Assembly (NCBI GenBank): GCA_013239625.1
Contig: MU054212.1
Span: 3,410,001-3,474,000 of the forward strand
DNA: 64,000 nucleotides
Source: Lama guanicoe
Taxonomy: Eukaryota
Direction: 5' to 3'
The notes below the pieces were generated by a model. That model ran no database searches and was not told the origin of the DNA. It saw nothing but the letters and a program-made list of their open reading frames with translations. The position numbers and the translations under genes are program-made. Positions 39,831-52,340 of this stretch are shown one piece after another. Within the stretch, counting starts at the first letter, position 1. Every line of letters starts with the position of its first letter.

Positions 39831-42800
39831 AAGACACAGTTAGACATCTCTGCTCCATTTCTCTAGAAGAGATTGGAACAAATATTGTGGAATAAATGAA
39901 TGAATGACAATAGTGGGTGAAAGATAGCATGTGGAGATTGAAATTGCTTTCCAAGGGAGTTATATTTAGGTTTTTTTTTTTTCAACTTGGTGAACTTCAT
40001 AGTTGATAATCCTATTATCCTTATTTCTGGGTTAGTGATTATAGTCTTATTAACTTCAGGAAAAGAAATCTTCTAAAATCAGTTTTTAATCAAGCATAGC
40101 TTTACTGGATTCATATCTAAATAATTTCTTTTAAAAGAAAGGAGGTATTTTTTTCGATCTTGTATTTCTGAAGCTTGATAATTACCATTATATTTGCATG
40201 GACTTCTAAAGTAGCTACTTCAGCTACTATACATAGAACTTCAATTCTTTTAGGGTAGGCACCGACAGCTCTAGTAAAGAATTTGTGTGTGTTTTCAGAT
40301 AGCTCTCTCTAATTGTATACTTCCCCTATGTTTCTGCTGCCAAGTGAGCATTAGAAAGGTAATTTACCTTTTAATACTGGCCCACTTCTTCAGTCTGTAC
40401 ATAGATTTGAAAATTTAACAGGTTTTGTTTTTCCTTTTCCCTCATGCTGTCCCGATTCTTCTGGTTTCCCAAGAAGATAACTGGGTGAGTGTGGAGTCTA
40501 ATTTGTTCACTCATTTAAAAAAAAAACAAACAAACCTATTAATTAGCTGAAGTCTTCTTCAGGTAAACTACGTTACTGGAAACCTAACGTTACCCATCGA
40601 ACCTGGAGAAAAGGGGGATGTAGCTGGATACAGTAAGGACCTGCCAGAATCGGAATTTTCGGAGTGTTGATGACAGCTAAGTCCTGATGATGGCTGATGG
40701 GAAAGCGTCTCTCCCGGATTGCTGGCCTTTCTCCTGGAGGAAACCAGAAAGGAGGCAACCTTCTTGTTTTTCCCGGGGTGGCACTTACGGTGTCACATCC
40801 ACTCAGTCTTTTTAGTTCACAATCCTTTTCATCAGGGCCTCCCCAAGGTTAATCCTCCCACCCGTGAATCCATTTAGACCCAAGAGGAGGTTAAGAGCAT
40901 ATACTCTGTGGTAACCCAGAATTGTTCTAAACAGGCTTAAATTAAATAAGTTTTCAATGACCCAGAAGTTTTAAGCGGGACCATGATTTTGATTTTACAT
41001 TAACAGGAAGGAGTTTTGAGGCTCCTCCCTGAAATCGGTGTCCCGAAGTTAAGGAAACACTTCCGAATTTATTTGTTGCGGATCCTCTGCGATACCTTAT
41101 GATTTAATTCCCTGAATAGAGAGTGTTCCTCGGCAGTCTCTTGAAATTCCCTTGATCTTGAGTCCTTTCTCTTCTCAAATGTACTATTGATCAACTGATG
41201 TACATGTTCTTTTGTCCTCTTTGAGAAGAGTTATTATGAGTCCATTGTTAAACTCCTAAATGGGTCAAGTCAATTTTTCAATTGCCTGAGAATAAATACC
41301 AAATTCCTGTCTTCCAGGAGCCATAAGCAAATAAACCTCTCCCCACTAATGCAATAAAGTCTCTTTTAAGTGTTATTGCTGGTAGGAGGGAGAAGTTCTC
41401 CGTTATTTGTCAAACCAAATGAAATGCTCTGATTATCTCTTTGAACCCACTTAAATTACAACTATCACAGATGTCTGTCAAATTTCACTGACATAAATTG
41501 TCTTCTCTTGGAAACTGAAAAATAATAATAAGCCATGAACATCTTTATTTTTTTGTCATGAATTTATTTAATAAATATTTTGGAGTATCTAGGATGTACT
41601 TAGCACTGTGGGGAAAATTTATAGTTCTCCTTTTTAATGTTCTTAAAATCTGGTTGGATAGACTCCAGGAGATTATAAAGAGGGACCTGCAAGGGGTAAA
41701 GACCTTGGAGGATGTTGGGTTGAAAGAATCAGTTGTATCAGTGGGAAAGTATAGAGAAACAGAAGCAGGTGAGAACTTGGTTTGAATACAGGACAAATGA
41801 AAGCCTCAGAAAGAAACAGAAAGAAAGTCCAGTCCATTGGGTCCAATTTTAAATCCTTTTCATGTATTAGGATCAGAAAGTACAATACAATGGGAAAAGC
41901 TAGGAAGAGCAAGGTAACAGCAGATGGTAGGAGACAAAGGTATGGAAAGTCAGGTGGGGACTGATAATACACAGGAAGCACCTTAGGCGTTGAATATCAT
42001 CATCAGAGACGTTACAAGGTCGTCTATGTAATTAACCAGTAATAGTCACTAACGTGTTCAATGCAGTGTGCTAAGAAGTTTTTGATCTGAATTTTAACCT
42101 TAAGCTATTACGGTAGTAGTTAATTCAGTCATCATGGCGTCTACTTCATGAATTTGTTATTATTATACTCATTCTTACTGACAAGACAGAAGAATTTACC
42201 CAAGCAAGCAAGCTGCCAAGCTGGGCTATGCGTCTTGCAATCTGATTGCAAAGCCTGTGTTCCCAACCACTACAAAGTATTGCCTAGATACCAGATAAGA
42301 GGTGTAGAGAGCGGGCGATTACAGAAACACAGAAGGGAGAAGCGGAAAGCTCACAGTGGGCTGGGAGACGCAGTAAAGGCTTGCTGGAGACTGTTTCGTC
42401 TCCCTGGTGCTATAGTTAGCCGTCACACAGGTGGAGAAGTGAGGCCGGTGGAGACCAGGCAAAGCAGAAGCAAGAACATGGAGTCCAGGTTAGCAAATTG
42501 TATGCTGCGTTTGCCAATTGTATTTGGGGCAGAATATTTGAAAAGGAAAAATGAAATGTAAGTTTGCAAAGACAACTTGGAACCAGAAGATGGAGCACTT
42601 TGAATGGGAGAAGTTGAACAACAAAATAGTGTCATGAAAGCGATATGTATTCAAAAGGCAGGAGGAGCTCCGAGGGGGAGAATGCAAAGAGGGGAAAGCA
42701 GAGAGCCAGGGAATCAGCCTGGGGTGGTTCGTACAATTAAAGCCTAAGAGGAAGGAAAAGCAAGCTGTTACACAAGCATGGGCACTTGCAAAGCTGAACG

Positions 42801-42899
42801 AAGTGGTGGCCATGGAAAGGAATGTGCTTGTTGAATAAATGAATGGGTGCAGGGATTCAAGAGTCAACAATATGAGACAGACCAGCAAGACAGGTGAGC

Positions 42900-43830
42900 C
42901 AGCAGAGTGTAGTGCTCAAGAGCCCAGACTCTGGAACCAGCTGCTTAGAATCAAAACTGAGCTCTGCCTCTGATCAGCTCTGTGACCTTGGACAAGTGAC
43001 CCAATCTCTCCTTGTCTAGGGTCATCATTTGCATGATGGAGGTGATCTAACTGAGCAAGACCCTATGGGGTCTTCCCAGGACAGACCCCTCCCCCTAGTT
43101 CTCTGCCTGCCTCTTGTTTGTGGGAAAGGGGTAGTCTCCCAGACCTCCCCTGAGGCACAGAAGCCTGGCTCAAGAATTAATGCTTGAAAGGATGTGAACA
43201 TCTAGTGACAAAAGCAGCAGTTGGGCTAGGAGAACTGGTAACAATTTAAACAGTAAATCAGTCATATGCCAGTCACAGAATCTTTAGTTCCTCCCTGCAG
43301 TACACAGATAATAGTGTCTGAGGCACATTCCTGAGTTGTTTTACAGATACCAAAGCTCCCACTGAACGGAAGAAGTTAACTACGTGATGACCATGAGCAC
43401 GTAGCCCCCAGACCAGCTGGAGCCTGAGGATTGATAATGTCAACTCCTGTGACAACACCCTGTTACTGTACCATCAACCAATCAGAGAACTGCACACAGC
43501 TGAACACACACCCTGGGACTCCCCTCCCTCATCTCAGCCTTAAAAATGTCTCCTTCACACCCATCAGGGAGTTCAGGATATTTGAGCATTCGCTGCCCCA
43601 CACTCTTTGTCTAGTGCTTTACAATAAATATTGCACCTTCCTTCACCACAACCCGATGTCAATAGATTGGCTTTACTGCGTGCAGGCGAGCAGACCCAAG
43701 TTTCGTTTGGTAACAGTGATCATCATCCAGTATCATTGGCTCGTTGTGAAATTTGAATGACCTTCCATTCTAAAGCTTGTGGAACAGTGGTGTAGCACAT
43801 GGTAAGCTTGCTATATATATTTGTTAAATA
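42900..43830. mobile_element. MIR SINE split by an LTR (halves at about 42900-43045 and 43716-43830)
   Basis: 'agactctggaaccag..tgtgaccttggacaagtgacc' on the left; 'gttgtgaaatttgaatga..aaagcttgtggaacagtg..gcacatggtaagc' on the right. Confidence 0.8.
43046..43715 (+). mobile_element. ERV1-class solo LTR with 4-bp TSD GTGA
   Basis: Termini t(c)taac...gtaaca; gtga at 43042-43045 and 43716-43719; CCAAT and aataaa present. Confidence 0.9.
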
Positions 43831-44094
43831 ATTCAAGAAAAATTAAATCACGATTTGGGCAACTAATTTCTTTACCTTGTATTAAAAATCAGATCATTGA
43901 GAAGCATCATTCAAAGATCTGCTTGGATACTGACACCTATTAGAAGACGTGCATTTCACTTAATAAACACTGTGTCTATTGACTATGTACCATAAGTACT
44001 CTTTGGTTTTGTGGTGTGGAGGGGATCAAAAGCAATATTTCTGGCTTAAAAACCTCAAACCAAAGCCAGAACAACTCCTATTTAAGTATTATCA

Positions 44095-44245
44095 GACACT
44101 CCACCACCACCATCCGTCCCTACCATTCATCACCACCATCCACCATCACCAACATCTACTGTCATCACCACCTACCATCACCATCCAGCATCACCACCAT
44201 CTACCTTCATCATCTACCATCACTGCAACACCCTCCTCCACCTTC
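44095..44245 (+). repeat. (CAC/CAT)n degenerate trinucleotide repeat
   Basis: Imperfect caccat/caccac array. Confidence 0.9.
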
Positions 44246-45403
44246 TGTGTGTATGTAAGTGGGTAGCTGAGCTTTATCTCAGCTCTGGTAAGCTTCTCCA
44301 TGGGGTGTGCCATGGACCATGTCATATTAGGTTTTGCCATCCATGCAAAGTAAAATATCTGTCACATGCCAAGCACTCAGTGTTGAGTAAATCAACAAAC
44401 GAGCACTAGTCAAAAAGAGTTCTTGGCATCTAGAATTCCAAATAGAAGTTGACAATCTAACATTGATACTAGACTGGGATTACATTCAGTTAGACCATAG
44501 AATAAGAAAAATAACCTAATAAATGACAGGATGATGAGGTGCTATTGGAACCTGCATTAATGCAACTGTGTGTGTGTGCCTGTGTGCAAATGTGTTTAGA
44601 AAGCAGCAGAAATTAGTGAAGAGCCAAATCTGAACTGAGTGGAATCAGAGGAGAGTGTGGTTGTGTCCCCAAACACTGCAAAATGATAACATTATGTAAA
44701 AACAAAAGCAAGAGTGAAACAAAAACTGGACTTCGTGTCCTTGAGTAAAGTTCAACTTGAGGCGTGCAGGAAAAAACACAGAAATTCAAAACACCGTTTT
44801 GATGTTGCATGGGAGCTTTTGTTAGCTTTTCCACAAAGTTGCTAGAGGAATTTCTCATTATGTCTCCAGCTGTGGAGGTTTTCAGGGAAATAAACAATCG
44901 GTCTGCCCTTCAAATATCTAATACGCAGAGCCAGAGCCAGAGTGGTTTTATGTTTTGCCACCTTCAATCATGTAAGGTGACACCTCAAGCGACTTGATGT
45001 AGGCGACTGGAGGGAGTGTGATAGTGTGAAGTCCCAAACGACAGGAGAATGGCACAATACAGCTGTTCCATTGACTTACCGTGGCGTGCTTCTTAAAGGC
45101 ATTCTGCACATGTAACACATGTTCTCACGGGGAGACGTGCCTGTTAGTCTCCGGGCTGTGGAGCAGTTCATAATGAAGGCTGCACTCTTTATGAATTTAA
45201 GTTTCTGTTATGTATCTGTCCTACCTTCCGAAATAGATTATAGATCACATGAGGTCATCTTACTCCCAATATTTACCCTGTTTATCTATTATGTACATGG
45301 TAGCCCTAGTGTTCATGAATACAATGAAATTATATATTTCTCTGGCTAAAAATTTCCTGTAGCTTTCCCATTGTCCTTATATGCCAAATGCCATGCCATC
45401 ATT

Positions 45404-45779
45404 TGTGTCTTAGTGGGCTCGGATGATTATAATAAAGCATCATAGATTGATGACTTAAGTAATAGTTCTAGAGCTTGGGAAATCCAGGATCAGGTTGCTG
45501 ACAGATTCAGTGTCTGGTGAGAGCCTTCCTTCTGCCTTGTAGACAGCCCACTTCTTGTGCCCTCACATGGCCTTTCCTTGGCGCACAGTACCGGAGAGAG
45601 AGAGAGACATTTCTCTCTTCCTCTTCTTATAAGGGCACTAATCTCCTCATAAGGCCCCCACCCTCATACCCAATCTAAACTTGATTATCTCTCAAAGGCC
45701 CCACTTCCAAACACCATCACTTTGGGGGCTGGAGCCTCAAGGTAAGAATTTGGGGGTACACAACAGTGAGCCTATGACA
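45404..45779 (-). mobile_element. MLT1A/B-like solo LTR
   Basis: 'gattcagtgtctggtgagagcc...tcttataagggcactaatc...ggccccacttccaaacaccatcactttgggg'. Confidence 0.88.
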
Positions 45780-45789
45780 ACCTGCAAAA

Positions 45790-46240
45790 CCTCATTCTAG
45801 TCTTTCTCTGAGACCTGATTTTCTGCTCCTTTCTTGCCACATAGGGCTTCTTCTGTTCTTTAAATAAGCCAAGATTATTCTTACTCTGGGCCTTTGTACT
45901 TGCTGGGGTCTCATGTCTCCCAGTGTCCTCACATGTCTTCCCCACCAGCTCTCAGTTCATGCATCACCTCCTCAGAGAAGTCTTCCTGGGACCTGAGCAT
46001 ACATGCGTTTCTTATCCTGCTGTCATCACTCTCTATCACATCATCTCATCTTTCTTTTCCCAACTCACTAGTTACCACTACCCCAAATGATCTCCATTAT
46101 TGTCATTATTACAGTTTTATTTATGAATTGTACTAGCATGCACACTTCATGAAAAAAGACATCTTATCTATACTGCTTATGACGTTGTCTCTAGAATTTA
46201 CAGCCTAGCATATGATACATAAATACAACCATTTGCATAC
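45790..46240. mobile_element. L2 3' fragment
   Basis: 'catcacctcctcagagaagtcttcc', 'gggcctttgtacttgctg'. Confidence 0.6.
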
Positions 46241-47315
46241 ATTATGTCAGCATCATGTATATATATGTATATAGATACATAGGTAAAATAGTTCCATGCC
46301 CAGTGCAGTGCCTTGAACATCCTTGAGGTTTAATAATAACAACTGCTGATGGCGGCAATTCTATGAAGAGTGAAAGTAGCTACACTGTTTCATTGTTTGA
46401 TGACTTTCCTTGGTAAAAATTGTACCTTTTTTTCTTTCTTAATTTAGCATTCTATCTCTCCACCTTCAGCATGGTCCTTCCTCTCCTCGGGTCACTTTTG
46501 CTCCACTGCTATCAACCAAGGATTAACTGCTTACTCACCCCTAATTTGGATTAGCTTATAAAATTATGCCAAGATTTCGATAGATCAAGGGGACAGTCTC
46601 TGACAGTGGTCTAACAGGAAAGATGGGCAGATGGGAGAACATTTTGGTTTAAATATTCTGGACATGCTGGGATTGAGAGCTGAGATCTTTTCCCTGCACT
46701 GGTGCTGACAATTTTCTGATTTCAGTGGCCAGCCCCACAGTACATGCCTAAGCATGCCTACTGGGCGCCTTGTATTTTAAAATCTGATCTAAGGTATGGA
46801 AAATCTTAGAACCAACTCATTACTAACAAGGGCTTTCTTTCTGTCTTTTTTCATTGTGTTCAGAGGCCCCACCTGTCCCTCCATGTCACCTATGGGTTCC
46901 CAATGAGTGGACTCAGCCCATCTGCCACAACTTTTTGGCATTCCCATCTGCTTCTGGAGAATAAAATTCCAAGTCAGGCATATGCCTTCTCATTCTGTGA
47001 TCCTCTCATTCTCCGCTCTTGCTGTTAATGCAGTGTTCATGTCAAATCTGTTGGCTTTAATGATGTTAAGGGGTTATGTCGGAAGGTTATTCAGTTAGTC
47101 TTTAACGGCACGAAACAGCACTTCTACTATCATTGTCGCTTTTCTGCCCATAAACAAGAACTTGATTAACAGAAGCTAACCATGAGAAAATGTTCTCTTA
47201 AATGAGACATTTTTAGTGGATAAGCACTAGGTGTCACTAGTATACTCTCAACCACAATTATCTATACCTTCAGAGGCGTCCACGCTGAGCCAGGCTGACT
47301 GCGATAAAGAAATAT

Positions 47316-47440
47316 ACAGCGAAAAAAAATGTGACAATGAATATATGTATGCTCATGTATAGCTGAAAAATTGTGCTCTACACTGGCATTTGACACAACA
47401 TTGTAAAATGACTATAACTCAATAAAAAATGTAAAAAAAA
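47316..47440 (+). mobile_element. Short 3'-terminal stub of the same young L1 family as 17978-19385
   Basis: Roughly 90% identical by eye to the reverse complement of 17980-18100; ends aataaa plus A-tail. Confidence 0.9.
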
Positions 47441-49695
47441 TAGGCATTCCAAGGAACAAAGGGAAATTCTTCTTTCCTTCTTTCAGCAAATACTATTGGT
47501 TTAAAAACAGTACAAATGTCTTTTAAAAATGTAAAGATTATAGTGAACACAGTAGTTGAGTAACTTTGAGATATGTGAGTGATTCATCATTGTACATATT
47601 AGAAATATGCATGGATCTTATGTGTGAAACAGATATTTATAAACTGCATTCTGCTTTCTCATTAGTTTCTTCTAAAATTTTGGATAAGCAATCCCACCTC
47701 CTCTTCCCAATATTCAGTTTAGCATCATTTTAAAACAAAACAATATTTTTGAGGTGGTGGAAATGTTCTGTATTTTTAAATAAGTGACGATTCCATGGAA
47801 GTATACACGTGAAAAAAGTCATTAAGCTGATCACTTGGGATTTGACATTTCACTGTATAAAAATTATACTCCCATAAAACCCTAGTAAAAATCATAATTA
47901 TTCATCTTAATGTTGCTTCTAATAGCTTTTTGCTTTTGTAAGCAGATATTCTGTGATTAAGTAATTATTCTACATAACATTTGCAAGTACTTAGTCAAAT
48001 GAATGCTGAATCCACCTGATCTCTGCATGTCTTAAAATATGCCACAGGGCTAATTCCCAGATTTGAGACTGCTGTCACTCAGGAAGGGTGGAGTTTTTTT
48101 ATATTTAAGGCACCGCATTGGTGATTTTTCACATTGACATGAAACCCTTCTGTTGGTTACAATAACTGACCCTTTGAGCATGAAGTGCTTTGATGTATAC
48201 GAACAGGTATACTATGGCAAAGTGACACTGTTTTAACCTGTGCCCATCAATTTTTCTTAAAGCAGAAATATCAGCCTACTCCGAGACCTCCGCTTAAATT
48301 CAGATACATAGGTGAGTTCTCTTAAAGCTCAGGTATAAATTCAATCTACCGAATCATTTTTGCTTTGACATAATTTACCAGCCCAGTTGACTAAAGATGA
48401 GCCTAAGCTTTTGGACTTTTTTTTATGAACTGGGTGATTAGCCATTCCATTAAATATCTAAAACCCTGGAATTGAAAGTTTAGATAAAATTCTTCCAGGG
48501 AAATTCTTTGCGTGTGCTTTAAAAACAAAACAAAACAAAACAAATCTAATAACACATTGCATCCAAGTTTCTATACTTTATTTTGTTTTTCTGAACCAAA
48601 CCATTTCCCTCTTGTTACCCAAAATGACATACTGCTTTCCTGATTTTCCACTTCCAGCTTGGGAAAAGGAAAAGGAATGGGGTTCCCAACCTCCTATTGC
48701 TCAATGCAATTACTAGACTAGATGCTGATCTTTGAGATTGATGTAGTGTTCTCACCTGGCCCATGACTTGAATTCCAGCGTATTGATCTGCTCAAACTTT
48801 AGGTCCCTGCACTTTCCCTTTCACCTGAGACTTTTCCCAATTGATACTATGCCTCGAAATATATGTGACACAACAATTCAGACCTTCTCCATCCTCAGCC
48901 TCAGCTCCCAGAATGCTGGTACGATTCCTATAAACCAGCCCGCGCATTATTTGATGTCTTGATCTCCACTGGACACTTGTTTCCCAACTATTTCCCCAAC
49001 TATTTCCAACCCTCATGGTCCAGGACTTTGCATGCTCCTCCCTTACTTTGTTGTTAGAAGCCAGAATAGCTGTATCTATTAGGAAGCAATTCAGGTGAAG
49101 AAAAAAAAAAAAACTGAGCTCCTATTATGTGCCAGCTACAAAGACAGATCAGGGGTACAGATATAGGTTTAGACATGGATCCTAATCTTAGAGACCTTAC
49201 AATATTCTGGAGTCATCTACTCACAAATTGATCATATTAATATTCTATGCATTGAATACCTCCCATGCATTAATCTTGCCAATTCCAATAGAAGACATAG
49301 AAGGTAATGCATTTGCTACACTGATCTAAAAATAAACACCCTTCTTCATTTGTGAGGCAGAGGATGGAGAACGAACATTATTATACAGCTGTGCAGGTTT
49401 TCTCTTATCTTAGGCACTCCAATTAGAGCAGACAGAGATCTTCTAAGATCGGGGTTTGACTGTCCTTTATGGTCGGATTACTGCCTTCTGTATTTTGTAG
49501 TTAGCTTTATTCCTTTGAGAACTATGTAAGTTCAAAAAAAGCTAAAGGTCTGACCTGTTCTTAGAAACAATAATTAGTACATATATGAAAACTTTAAAGA
49601 ATGTGAAGTATACTGTGTATATGAATTTCTATACAATATAATGTGTATGTGCAGTCGAACTGTAATAATTCTACATAATAAAACTGAAGAAGGGA

Positions 49696-49698
49696 AAA

Positions 49699-49743
<45 letters not shown>
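49696..49743 (+). repeat. (AAAT)12 tetranucleotide microsatellite
   Basis: Perfect run. Confidence 0.97.
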
Positions 49744-49745
<2 letters not shown>

Positions 49746-50140
49746 AAAGTATGTTTGGAGCAAAAAAAATATTGATTAGGTAGTATATAGTCTAGTGTAT
49801 TTTGTTACAAGGAACTCTATTGTAAGCAAACTATGATAGATGGCAAGTAACAGAAAATTTCGCATACTGTATCACATTATTTTCATACAAAAAAAAAAAT
49901 TGGGGTAAGACCAAACACACATATACGTATGAAGAAAATGGAAGTCAAGTGCACGCACTAAATTTTGAACCCCATGTTAGCAGACAGGGCTATGAAAGAC
50001 AGCTTCTCTTTCTGTTCCCCAAGTGCCTGATTACTTGTGACCAATATTTTCAATCTCGTTCTGTTCAATGATACAGTATAGGAAAGAAAAAATGCTAAAG
50101 AGTGTTTCTTTTCTTCCTCTGTATTTTTTTTCTCCTCAAG

Positions 50141-50427
50141 GAATTGCATTGCCTACAGGATTCCCACTGGTAATCCATGGTGAAGACACGAAGTAAAGAG
50201 AAGAACGCAGAGGAACAGCTTGCGTGAGTGATGGAGACGCACGCGGGTGAGGGCTCACTGCCATCCGCGCGGCTCCGGCCCCGGCAGCCGCTCCCCGGGG
50301 CGCTGCGGCGGCCGCAGGCACGGCGAGCACCGCCGACGCCGTCGCAGGGCCGAGCGCCACCCCGCGCTGCGTCTCGAGGGCAGACGCAGGCAGGAGGGAG
50401 ACGCGTCTGGCGTCGGCGACATGAAAG
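50141..50427 (+). other. Candidate 287-nt spliced exon carrying a CpG-dense segment (5' UTR/first coding exon or lncRNA exon; gene not recognised)
   Basis: Acceptor tttcttttcttcctctgtattttttttctcctcaag|G and donor AAG|gtaagt; stops in all three frames in the 5' part; ATG 50231 is open to the donor (65 codons plus 2 nt); ATG 50421 gives M-K-. Confidence 0.6.
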
Positions 50428-50440
50428 GTAAGTTTGCGCT
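50220..50440. promoter_or_regulatory. Small CpG island-like segment
   Basis: About 220 bp, very GC-rich with dense CpGs (includes a NotI site gcggccgc), abrupt borders with AT-rich flanks. Confidence 0.75.
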
Positions 50441-50977
50441 GGATGCCACAGACCAAGAAATGACAGTTTAGTATCAATCATCACAGACAACTGTAATAGT
50501 ACTGTTCATACAGAGATGTTCATACAGAGAAGATCTATTACCCATTAGGAGGCAAATCTATCACAAACAGGACCCCAACTCTTACTGACTGAAAGCTGAA
50601 TAAGCATCGTGTCTCTAAGAGCAAACAAGTTCAAACAGATGGAACTGCAGTGACCTTCACGTGCCCTGTACTTCTAGGGTAGCAACTATAGAATAGCATC
50701 ATTTAGGGCTTCATTATCATAGGGAGGGGGAAACTCTGGGCATTGTCATGAAATGCTACTAGTTCTCAACCTTATTTCATTACTGAAGATGCAGTATTTC
50801 CTTCTTCTTCTTTTTCTTTTCCTTCCATTTGCAACACACATGTATGCTTGAATCACAGAATCTGAGATCCGGACAGAAACTCAATCTCTCTAGTGGTCCC
50901 AAACCTTGCTCACAGCAGGATCACCACCAGCGAGGGTAGAGCTTTCAAAATACAGATTCCTTTGTCTCTCTTACAAA

Positions 50978-51430
50978 GAGTCTGAGTTTCCTTGGGCAGC
51001 CACAACGAAGTACCACAAACTGTGTGGTATGAAAACAGTAGAAATTTATTATCTCGCCGTTGTGGAGGGCACACAACTGGAATTGAAGGTGTCAGCAGGG
51101 CCGTGCTCCCTCTGAAACCTGTAGGGGAAATATTGCCATGCCTCTTCCCGTCTTCCGGTGGTGGCCGGTGATCTTTGGCATTCTTTGGTTTGCGAGAGCA
51201 TCACTCCAATCTCTGCCTCCGTCATCACAAGGACTTCTTTCCTCTACGTGTGCGCCTTTGTGGCTCTTCTTCTTGCCTTATTGTGACACCAGGCATACTG
51301 GATTAAGCCCCACCCTACTCCAGTATGACCTCGTCTTAATGAGCCTATTTCCAAACAAGGTCACATTTTTCAGGTTCTGGCGTTTAGGACTTTATCATAT
51401 CTTTCCGGACGGACACAATTCAACTCATAA
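50978..51430 (-). mobile_element. MLT1C-like solo LTR
   Basis: 'aagtaccacaaactg..agaaatttatt..gaaggtgtcagcagggccgtgctccctctgaa..ccaccctactccagtatgacctcgtcttaa..ttccaaacaaggtcacatt'. Confidence 0.9.
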
Positions 51431-52340
51431 AGGTACTGGAGTGGGACTGAGAGTCATTTAAGTGATTTGGTGATAGCCACCTTTGAGAACCATTTGGTCA
51501 ATCAGTCCAATTCTGTTCTTCTATAGAACAGGAAATTGAGGGCTAGATGTGTCGAGGAACTTGTAAGTTACAGAATCAGAACATACATAAACCACTCACA
51601 CATTTATGCAAACTATCACCCTTCAGATATCCACTTTAATTATTATAACAGAGATGCTTCCTTAAACTTGGATTAGGATCACTAGATATTTAATAAAAAG
51701 CTCTGTAGCTTTTTAATTTTAATTTTGAAACCTACTGCATAATACTTAACCCAAGAGTTTTCTGTTTAAAAAAATCTGTTTGGACATCTTCTTCAGGTAT
51801 TCAAACAAGACCAACGTGAGGGTCGAGTGGATTTGCAACTACACTTCAAAAAAGTATACAAAGGCACAGACATTTTCTCTGACAGTGAAACACTGTTTGA
51901 GACTTGATGGATTTCTTCTGAGATGTGGATGTTCCTTGGGTCAACATAAGTGGTGGCTTAAATGTCACTAATTTAAATAAAATAGTTCTTAGGCACGTGG
52001 AGCATGTGTGTGTAAAAGCTGAATGAAAAATGTAGAGCAGACCTCGTACCCTTCTCAATGTGTCTGTCTCTCCAAGCTCTCCTCTCCAGCCGTACCTAGA
52101 GTCATGAAGGTGTGTCAATTAAGAATAAAATGAATTCTAAAGTGGGGTTTATAATTCAGCAGGGAAGGGTGGAAAAATGCTTCCTACACAATTGCAATTA
52201 TGTACAATCACTGTAACAAAAAAGTGCAAAAAAGTTTGGGAGAATGTCACAAAACTTGGGACAGAAGAACCACTGGAATGAAGAGTTAATGTGGAAATCA
52301 TGACCACTGGCCCCAAACATGCCGAGATTCCAGTAGCTTC

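Noticed and set aside
43979..44266. His/Thr/Pro-rich ORFs
   Set aside because: Translation of a (CAC/CAT)n simple repeat
47281..47293. 13-nt word cacgctgagccag recalling antisense 18S rRNA next to an L1 stub (possible chimera)
   Set aside because: Match too short and does not extend on either side
50095..50490. Multiple overlapping Arg-rich (protamine-like) and Ala-rich ORFs on both strands
   Set aside because: Expected from stop-codon scarcity in very GC-rich DNA; no recognisable homology. In-frame TGAs as selenocysteine are unsupported because I see no SECIS evidence
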